The notes below the pieces were generated by a model. That model made no database searches, was not told the DNA's origin, and saw only the letters and a program-made list of their open reading frames with translations. Below are positions 1-6,934 of a stretch of DNA of 62,400 nucleotides, piece by piece. A program made the position numbers and the translations under genes. The DNA comes from an uncultured Planctomycetaceae bacterium (GTDB lineage: Bacteria; Planctomycetota; UBA8742; UBA2392). Position 1 is the first letter of the stretch. Each line of letters starts with the position of its first letter. The DNA is taken from the NCBI GenBank assembly GCA_964652605.1, contig CAZZBH010000005.1, forward strand, positions 1-62,400, read 5' to 3'.

Positions 1-130
1 AAGCCGAGGGCGACATAAATGTCGCCCGTACGGGCGATGCTTGCATCGCCCTCGATTGCACCCCAAAGCCGAGGGCGACGTGAACGTCGCCCGTACGGGC
101 GATGCTTGCTTCGCCCTCGACTGCTCCCCT
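1..130. repeat. Two tandem copies of a 65-nt palindrome-rich unit (REP/BIME-like); may continue beyond the left window edge
   Basis: Unit 1 is 1-65 and unit 2 is 66-130, about 58/65 identical by hand alignment. Each unit holds two hairpins built on GGGCGA...TCGCCC: GGGCGACAT-AA-ATGTCGCCC versus GGGCGACGT-GA-ACGTCGCCC, then GGGCGATG-CTTG-CATCGCCC. Confidence 0.8.
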
Positions 131-157
131 AATGCCGTGCTCTTTCAAGATAAGGGG

Positions 158-187
158 TTGCAATGGCGCGCGTGTTTGGGGTAACAT
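158..187 (+). promoter_or_regulatory. Candidate sigma-70-type promoter upstream of the first surface-protein gene
   Basis: TTGCAA (158-163), an 18-nt spacer, then TAACAT (182-187). Pattern match only; the promoter consensus of this lineage is unknown. Confidence 0.2.
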
Positions 188-299
188 CCCGAACGCATCG
201 TGGGGATTTTATCACTCACAGCAAGAAAGCGTCGGCGACGTCCGATGTATCCCCACGCACTTTGCGGTGCCAAGCCGCGTTAATTTGTGGGGAGATTGT

Positions 300-2348
300 A
301 TGACTTCTATCAGGCTTTTTGTTCTGGCCGCTGTGCTATGCACGTTGTCTGGTTCTTTGACGGCCCAGACGTGGGATGAAACCGCGGACGGTGGCGGTGA
401 TGCAGGTGATCAAGTGGCCACCGTGCAAGCGGTGGTCGGAACTGGCGCGCTGACTGATATTACAGGTGACAACCCCGCTGTCGGCGACCGCGACCTCTAC
501 CTTATCCGTATAGCCAATCCGAGCGCATTTTCAGCCACTACGAACGTAAATCCTGGCACCAATGTGGACACACAGCTCTGGCTGTTCTCGACCACTGGCG
601 TAGGCATCGCGTTCAATGACGACATCGACATTTCGAACTATCGCTCGACGCTCCCGGTGGGCAATCCGCTGTACAATGCACTTACTCCTGGCGACTACAT
701 CCTCGGCGTTTCACCCTGGTACAACCAGGCGCAGAGTTCAGCGGGTCAAATGTTTCCGACAGCCTACGGAACCGTGGCTGGGCCCACCGGCATCGGCGGC
801 GGTACGAACACTCTGAACGGATGGGTCGTCTCACAGAGTGAGATGGGAACGTACAGGATTACATTGACCGGCTGCGAGTTCGTTTCGCCTCCAAGCGTTC
901 CCGATATGGAAGTTGAGCGGGCGACCATGCCCATTGCCGACGGCGGCAACGACGCGCTGAACGATGTCAGCGTGAATGGGCAGACTTTCACCTACACGAT
1001 CAACAACGTCGGATCCGGCGACCTCAATCTCACCGGCACGCCGCTGGTTGATGTTACGCCGGGCACTGGTGCACCGACGGTCTCCGTCACCGTACAGCCT
1101 GCCACTCCAATCATTCCGGCGGCCATGACGACCTTCGAAATCCAGGTGACCCCCGCGCTAGGCGCGTTCGATTTCACTGTGAGTATCGCCAACAATGACC
1201 CAGCCAAAGACCCATATGACTTCATGGTAACGGGTAACGGCTTCAACCCGAACTTGCCGGCAGAGGCGAGCCCAGCCCCCAGTTCGGTGTTTACGGGCCC
1301 GACGAACGGCCCCTTCACGATGGCGATCGACCCGGGCGCCACGCTTGCCAATGCTGAAATTCAGCTCACGGACGCAGAATCGGACGACGTGTCTCTACTT
1401 TCGGTAACCGAAACGTCAGCTGTGGCTGTCTCCGGCATCGTAGCCCCCACCGCACCGGTGGGCCCGGTGCCTACCCCAGCCGTGGTGATCTTCACAGGCA
1501 CCGCGGACGCGGCCAACGCTCCCGGCAGTTACACATGGGAGATCGTGTTTGAAGACTCCGGCAGTGGCTCTGACGTGACCATGACCGTTGAGATCGTGAT
1601 CAACGACCTGCCGCCTGAGCACGTCATCGAAGACGCCACCGGCGGCGACGGCACCGCGCTTGATCCGTACACGGCAACCTTCACCCAGGGTGATGACGGC
1701 TCCATGAGCATCGACCTGGCATCAGTCAGCGACCCCAACACCGGCCAGCTCATCAACCTGGTTGGCACCACACCGGGCGGCAGCAACCCAGCCGGCGGTG
1801 CCGGGCTGAGTGTCAGCCTGGGCGGTGGGTTCCTGACAGTTACCCCGGCCGGCACTCTGGTTGACGCTGACCGTGGCACGCACACGTTTGACGTTGAGGT
1901 CAGCGACGGCACCAACAGCGTCATCATTGCGCTGGAGATCGAGGTGGTCGGCATCGCGCCCACCTTCACCAGCACACCGGTGACCTCGGCAACGCCGGGC
2001 CAGACCTACACCTACACCGCGACTGCAACCGGCAACCCGGCGCCCACACTCAGTGTGACCAGCGCATTGCCGGCATGGCTGACCTTCAACGCAGGTACAG
2101 GCGTGCTTAGCGGCCAGCCAACCAAGAGCGACGAAAACTCCACCGTCAACGTCACGCTCGAGGCCAGCAACGGCGTTGCGCCGGATGCCACGCAGACCTT
2201 CACCATCAACGTCGGCTCTGCACCAAGCTCCGACAGCGACAGTGACGACGGCGGCTGTGCAACCGGCAGCGGCCTGCCGACATGGCCGATGCTGCTGATC
2301 GGTGCGGGCGTCGGTGCGGCATTGCTGTTGCGCCGCCGCACGGCCTAG
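300..2348 (+). CDS. Secreted cell-surface protein with a pre-peptidase-C-like N-module, choice-of-anchor-D-like and putative-Ig (He_PIG-like) modules, and a Cys-containing C-terminal sorting tag
   Basis: In-frame ATG at 300 within ORF 102..2348, preceded by GGGGAGA. Signal peptide MTSIRLFVLAAVLCTLSGSLTAQ. Motifs ...NNVGSGDLNLTGTPLV... and LPAWLTFNAGTGVLSGQPT. C-terminus is DDGGCATGSG followed by WPMLLIGAGVGAALLL and RRR. Confidence 0.8.
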   Translation: MTSIRLFVLAAVLCTLSGSLTAQTWDETADGGGDAGDQVATVQAVVGTGALTDITGDNPAVGDRDLYLIRIANPSAFSATTNVNPGTNVDTQLWLFSTTGVGIAFNDDIDISNYRSTLPVGNPLYNALTPGDYILGVSPWYNQAQSSAGQMFPTAYGTVAGPTGIGGGTNTLNGWVVSQSEMGTYRITLTGCEFVSPPSVPDMEVERATMPIADGGNDALNDVSVNGQTFTYTINNVGSGDLNLTGTPLVDVTPGTGAPTVSVTVQPATPIIPAAMTTFEIQVTPALGAFDFTVSIANNDPAKDPYDFMVTGNGFNPNLPAEASPAPSSVFTGPTNGPFTMAIDPGATLANAEIQLTDAESDDVSLLSVTETSAVAVSGIVAPTAPVGPVPTPAVVIFTGTADAANAPGSYTWEIVFEDSGSGSDVTMTVEIVINDLPPEHVIEDATGGDGTALDPYTATFTQGDDGSMSIDLASVSDPNTGQLINLVGTTPGGSNPAGGAGLSVSLGGGFLTVTPAGTLVDADRGTHTFDVEVSDGTNSVIIALEIEVVGIAPTFTSTPVTSATPGQTYTYTATATGNPAPTLSVTSALPAWLTFNAGTGVLSGQPTKSDENSTVNVTLEASNGVAPDATQTFTINVGSAPSSDSDSDDGGCATGSGLPTWPMLLIGAGVGAALLLRRRTA

Positions 2349-2370
2349 CTAACGCTACACATGCAAACCA

Positions 2371-2404
2371 AACCGGGGAGGCAACCAAGCCTCCCCGGTT
2401 TCAC
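2371..2404 (+). terminator. Rho-independent terminator
   Basis: Perfect 12-bp stem AACCGGGGAGGC / GCCTCCCCGGTT with loop AACCAA, followed by T-containing TTTCAC, 23 nt after the stop codon. Confidence 0.7.
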
Positions 2405-2510
2405 TATCCGCACATTGCCAACCGTTTCGACGGCTCGCCCACCGCGCTATGATGACTTGCTCGAAACCGCAAGCAGGCTGGGCAGCCCGATCTTGCAGCA
2501 GGAGTAATGA

Positions 2511-5090
2511 ATGAACCTGACCCGATTCGTGAGCATTCTGGCGTTGCTGGCAACTGTTCTGGCCGGTACCGCGTCCGCCCAGTTGACGGGCACGTTCACA
2601 TGCGCCAATGGCAACCCCGGCAGCGCATTTGATTACGGCGACATCGGCGCGTTCTTCGACGCGGTGGAAGCCCAGGGGTTGTCCGGCCCCGTCGTTCTTG
2701 AGGTCTATGATGACGGCGGCGCGTTTACCTCCACCTCAGCTTACGGGATCGGCTTGAACGCTTCGGGCGGGATGGTGGGCATCATCGGCATTTCAGCGAT
2801 CAACACTGTCACGGTTCGCGCCGCTCCTGGTGAGTTTCCGGTCATTCAGGGCTCTGGCGCGATAGCGACGTCCTTCAACCAGTCGGGAACACTGCTGGCG
2901 CAAACCAACTTCGTGACGTTCGAGGGGCTTGAATGCGTCGGTGGCGTGACTTCCGGGATCAGCTTCTATGGCAACCCCCTCAACCACGTGAATGTGATCC
3001 GCTGCAAGGTGCACGGCGTGACAGTGGGCCCCGGCATCAGCCTGTACAGCGACATTGGCGGGCCGCTGATCAACTGCACCATCGAGAACAACGTGGTGTG
3101 GAACTGTGCAGGCACGGCGGCTGGATTCGGCAGCTTCACGCGCGGTGCGCTTGCGATCCGCCGGGCGGACACGACCACGGTGGTCCGCAACAACACTGTA
3201 GTTCACAATGCCGGGCTCAGCGGCAGCGCCGCCTTTGGTTATCTGGGCGGCTCAACGGGTGTTAACACCTTCACCTTTGAAGGGAACATCTTTGTGTGCT
3301 CCACCTCCGGGCTGCCGGTTCTGGATATTGCGTCGTCCTTCGACCCTGTCGGCGCCAACTACAACGTCTATCACGCAACCGGCGGCGCGACGTTTCATTC
3401 AAACACGGCGACGTTTCCAGACTTTGCGGCTTGGCAGGCGTCGTCACGCGACGCGCAAGGCACATCGGCCGACCCGCAGCTCGTGTCGATGGCCGTTGCC
3501 ACTTTTGACTACCACCTTCAGCAGGGCTCGCCGGCCATCGACCGGGTTGTTGGCTCGACACTCAACATCGACGTGGACGGCGACCCGCGCCCCTTTGGCG
3601 CAGCCGTGGATGCAGGCGCAGACGAGATTTCCGGCCCGCCGCCCGAGATGGTGGTCGAGTACAATGCCGTTGCAGTCCCTGATGGCGGCAGCGTTGACAT
3701 CGGCACCGTGACGACCAACGGCGGCCCGTTCACGTTCGTCGCCACGAACATCGGCGCCGGCGATCTGATGCTTACCGGCAACCCGCTGGTCGGTGTCACG
3801 CCCGGCCTGAACTGCGACGCGACAACCGTACTGCAGACACCACCGGCGAACACTCTGATACCCAGCTTCGTGCTTGAACCCTTCGAGATCTTCGTTGACC
3901 CGACAGCGCCGGGGACATTCGAGCTGGTGATTGAGATCAGCAACAACGACTCCCAGCGCAACCCGTACAACTTTACGGTCACCGGCATGGCTGTGCTGCC
4001 GAACCTGCAAGCCTCAGCCTCAACACCCGGAGGCTCGGGTTTCAGCGGCCCGGTCAACGGCCCGTTCACCATGACGGTCGATCCGGGAGCCACGTTGACT
4101 ACCGCCAGTATCGAACTTACCGACCCTGAAAGCGACGACATCACGCTTGTGTCGGTCACGCTACTGACGCCAGCTCTGGCTGGTGTCACGGCACCGTCGC
4201 TGGGCACGCCTGCCCATCCGCGAACCTTGAACTGGACCGGCACGGTAAGTCCCACCAACGCCCCAGGCCCCTATGAGTGGGAGATCGTGTTTTCCGACGC
4301 CGTGAACGGCACGCAGGTGTCAGCCACCGTGTCGATCGCGGTGAACGACCTTCCGCCGACACATGCCATCGCCAGCGCCACGGGCGGCAACGGAAGCCCA
4401 GGCACCCCGTACACCGCACAGTTCATCCATGGCGATACGGCTGCCAGCAGCACCGACATGTGCGCGATCACGGATCCGAATGCATCCCAATTGCTCACAC
4501 TGGTCGCCACCACGCCCGGCGCTGGCAATCCGGCGGGCGGCGCGGGGTTCAGCGTCAGCTTTTCGGGCGGGCTGCTTTCGATTGCGCCTGCAGGCCCGCT
4601 GGTGGTGGCCGATCTCGGTTCGCACAGCTTTGAAGCCGAAATCAGCGACGGCACGCACACGATCAACATTGCGCTTGAGGTCGAGGTGATCGGAACGGCG
4701 CCGGCCTTCACCAGTGCACCAATCGAGGCCGCTACGCCCGGAAGCTTGTACAGCTACACGGTAGCCGCCAACGGAACACCCGCACCGACCGTCACCTTGA
4801 CCAGCGCTCTTCCCGGATGGCTGTCTTTCGACACGGGGACGGGCTTGCTGTCCGGCATACCAACTCGCAGCGACCAGAAGACGTCCGTGAACGTAGCCTT
4901 TCTGGCAACCAACGGCGTCGCACCGGACGCAACGCAGACGTTCACGATCACTGTCGGCGCCGCCGCCTCAACCGGCACTTCGGGCGACTCCGGCTGCTCA
5001 GCCGGCGGTGGATTTCCAGTCTGGCCGCTGCTGATTGTGGGCGCGGGCCTCGGGGTGACACTGTGGTTGCGCCGCCGGGTCCACACTTGA
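2511..5090 (+). CDS. Secreted cell-surface protein with an N-terminal right-handed beta-helix-like region, then the same choice-of-anchor-D / Ig-like / Cys-tag C-terminal half as the upstream gene
   Basis: AGGAG lies 6 nt before the ATG. Signal peptide MNLTRFVSILALLATVLAGTASAQ. Beta-helix-like repeats (NNVVWNCAG, RNNTVVHNAG). The C-terminal ~450 aa is colinear with, and clearly similar to, the 300..2348 product. Tag is GDSGCSAGGG followed by WPLLIVGAGLGVTLWL and RRR. Confidence 0.8.
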   Translation: MNLTRFVSILALLATVLAGTASAQLTGTFTCANGNPGSAFDYGDIGAFFDAVEAQGLSGPVVLEVYDDGGAFTSTSAYGIGLNASGGMVGIIGISAINTVTVRAAPGEFPVIQGSGAIATSFNQSGTLLAQTNFVTFEGLECVGGVTSGISFYGNPLNHVNVIRCKVHGVTVGPGISLYSDIGGPLINCTIENNVVWNCAGTAAGFGSFTRGALAIRRADTTTVVRNNTVVHNAGLSGSAAFGYLGGSTGVNTFTFEGNIFVCSTSGLPVLDIASSFDPVGANYNVYHATGGATFHSNTATFPDFAAWQASSRDAQGTSADPQLVSMAVATFDYHLQQGSPAIDRVVGSTLNIDVDGDPRPFGAAVDAGADEISGPPPEMVVEYNAVAVPDGGSVDIGTVTTNGGPFTFVATNIGAGDLMLTGNPLVGVTPGLNCDATTVLQTPPANTLIPSFVLEPFEIFVDPTAPGTFELVIEISNNDSQRNPYNFTVTGMAVLPNLQASASTPGGSGFSGPVNGPFTMTVDPGATLTTASIELTDPESDDITLVSVTLLTPALAGVTAPSLGTPAHPRTLNWTGTVSPTNAPGPYEWEIVFSDAVNGTQVSATVSIAVNDLPPTHAIASATGGNGSPGTPYTAQFIHGDTAASSTDMCAITDPNASQLLTLVATTPGAGNPAGGAGFSVSFSGGLLSIAPAGPLVVADLGSHSFEAEISDGTHTINIALEVEVIGTAPAFTSAPIEAATPGSLYSYTVAANGTPAPTVTLTSALPGWLSFDTGTGLLSGIPTRSDQKTSVNVAFLATNGVAPDATQTFTITVGAAASTGTSGDSGCSAGGGFPVWPLLIVGAGLGVTLWLRRRVHT

Positions 5091-5143
5091 CTGGGTGAGC
5101 GCTTGAGGCGAAAGTGAACACCTTCACCGGGCGGGAGATGCGC

Positions 5144-5674
5144 ATGAGGCTGGTCGGTCTGATTGCAGTTGTGGCGGTGCTTTGCGGCACTCTCGCCGCG
5201 CAGGAAATTGACGTTCAGCGCCCGGCAGGACAGCCGATCGCAAATGGCTCGCAGGATAATGTCGGCAGCAAGACCGGCTTGGGCGCAATGGTGCTTACGT
5301 ACACTATCATGAACACCGACGTGACTCCGTTGGATCTGATCGGCACCACGCCTGTCACCGCGACGTCGCCAAAGAACATCATCTTTACCCTGACTCAGCC
5401 GGCCTCAAACCAGTTGCAGCAGAACGAGACCACCACGTTTCCCATTGAAATTACGCCTGCAGGCGACGGATCGTTTGCCCTGAATCTGACTATCGCGAAC
5501 AACGACGCCGATGAGGGCAGCTACCTCATCCGCATTCGCGGCAATACCGGCACCGAGAAGAAGGACGATGACGATTGCTCCACGTCTGAGGGCGCACGCG
5601 GCAGCTTTCTGCTTGCTCTGGGCGCGATCTGCGCGGTCGGCGTCGGCCTGCGTCTGCGGCGCTCTCGTGCCTGA
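5144..5674 (+). CDS. Small secreted choice-of-anchor-D-like protein with a Cys-containing C-terminal sorting tag
   Basis: ORF 5114..5674; ATG at 5144 follows GGGAG. Signal peptide MRLVGLIAVVAVLCGTLAAQ. Motif LTIANNDADEGSY parallels SIANNDPAKDPY and EISNNDSQRNPY in the two upstream proteins. C-terminus is DDDDCSTSEG followed by a hydrophobic helix and RLRRSR. The start could instead be 5114 or 5138. Confidence 0.7.
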   Translation: MRLVGLIAVVAVLCGTLAAQEIDVQRPAGQPIANGSQDNVGSKTGLGAMVLTYTIMNTDVTPLDLIGTTPVTATSPKNIIFTLTQPASNQLQQNETTTFPIEITPAGDGSFALNLTIANNDADEGSYLIRIRGNTGTEKKDDDDCSTSEGARGSFLLALGAICAVGVGLRLRRSRA

Positions 5675-5704
5675 ATGCGGCGGCCGGGGCGGTGATCACG
5701 CGCG

Positions 5705-6802
5705 ATGATCGACCACCCTTACATTTCCGATCCTGACTACTCCACCAACGTTGTCGCGTGGTTCGACGGCGGCCTGCACTTTTTCAAGCGAGTGCCCGAG
5801 GGTAGTGACGGCTTTGCGCTGTTCAACGTGTTTCACCTCGCCTACACGCTGATCTTTGTGGCTGCGCTGTGGTGGTGCTATCGCTGGTGGCGGCAGGGGA
5901 CGTTTCGCGTGCGGCGCCGGCAGGTGCTGGACAGCGTGCTTGTGGCAGTGGTCGGCATCATCGTCGGCGGGCGAATTGGCGAGGCTGTGTTCTATCAGCC
6001 GGAATACTTTTTTTCACAGCCGCTGCGGCTCATCACTAATGCGTCAGGTTTCACGATCCACGGGATGATTCTTGGGGTGGTGGTAGTGTTCTGGTTCTGG
6101 GCGCGATGGATCAAACGCCCGTGGTTTCACCTTCTGGACCAGTCGGTTGTGTTTGTCGCGTTCGGTACGCCGCTGGGGCGCATTGCCAACTTCCTGTCGG
6201 GCGACCTGTGGGGACGCGCCAGCGACCTGCCATGGGCGGTGAGGTTTCCACTACGCGGGCCGCTGTTCCGGCGGGTGATGGCAGACGGCGAGGGCGACAC
6301 CTTCGTCGTCGCCAGCGATACCGAAACAGGTGTGCCCTACCTTGAGCCGTGGACGCCTGACCAAGGATACGAGCTGCTGCCTCACGCGCCGTACGAGGCA
6401 TTCCGAATGCACTCTGCCGACAGCGACACGCTGGAACTGGTGCAGATGGTCGCCACCACGCCGCGTCATCCAAGCCAGCTCTATCAGGCATTGGCCGAGG
6501 GCGTCGTATTGCTGGTGATCCTGCTGCTGGTGCGCCGGCGGGCGCGTTTTGTCGGACAGCTGTCGGCTTGGTTTCTGGTTTGCTATGGGGTCCTGCGCAT
6601 GTTCTCGGAGCTGTTTCGGCAGCCTGAACCCGGCTTGGGTTTCATGCTGGGTGCCACGCGCGGGCAACTGTTGAGCCTCGCGATGGTGGTCTGCGGAATC
6701 GTGCTCTTCGTGTGGGTGTACCACAAGAAGCAGCGCATCGATGCCATTGATACCGACGCGCCCAGCCATCGGGCGCCGGAAGCCTCACAACCGGCAGGCT
6801 GA
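5705..6802 (+). CDS. lgt: Prolipoprotein diacylglyceryl transferase (Lgt), longer than the 291-aa E. coli enzyme
   Basis: Family motifs GGRIGE, GRIANFLSGDLWGR and RHPSQLYQALAEGVVLL; the latter two correspond to E. coli GRLGNFINGELWGR and RHPSQLYELLLEGVVLF. Multiple TM helices. There is ~35-40 aa of extra sequence between the GDLWGR and HPSQLY motifs, plus a longer N-terminus. Confidence 0.9.
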   Translation: MIDHPYISDPDYSTNVVAWFDGGLHFFKRVPEGSDGFALFNVFHLAYTLIFVAALWWCYRWWRQGTFRVRRRQVLDSVLVAVVGIIVGGRIGEAVFYQPEYFFSQPLRLITNASGFTIHGMILGVVVVFWFWARWIKRPWFHLLDQSVVFVAFGTPLGRIANFLSGDLWGRASDLPWAVRFPLRGPLFRRVMADGEGDTFVVASDTETGVPYLEPWTPDQGYELLPHAPYEAFRMHSADSDTLELVQMVATTPRHPSQLYQALAEGVVLLVILLLVRRRARFVGQLSAWFLVCYGVLRMFSELFRQPEPGLGFMLGATRGQLLSLAMVVCGIVLFVWVYHKKQRIDAIDTDAPSHRAPEASQPAG

Positions 6803-6836
6803 ACAAGCCTGCCTTTCGTCTCATCGTTTTTTTTTT
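6793..6836 (+). terminator. Probable terminator after lgt
   Basis: 7-bp stem GGCAGGC / GCCTGCC spans the stop codon, followed downstream by a T10 run (6827-6836). Confidence 0.45.
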
Positions 6837-6934
6837 GAGTTCTTTTCCCGCACCGACGCTGGTCGTGTGCTATGGTTATTTTAGGTTTTATGTGTTTTTG
6901 CTGTTCTTTGACTTCGACCAACGAGAGACCTGGC

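Noticed and set aside
1-130. Possible CRISPR array at the left edge
   Set aside because: The two 65-nt units are directly contiguous and similar along their whole length. There are no unique spacers, only two copies are visible, and no cas genes are present in the window.
102-299. N-terminal 66 codons of ORF 102..2348
   Set aside because: This stretch runs through the tandem palindromic repeat and has no protein-like character. A good SD, ATG and signal peptide begin at 300.
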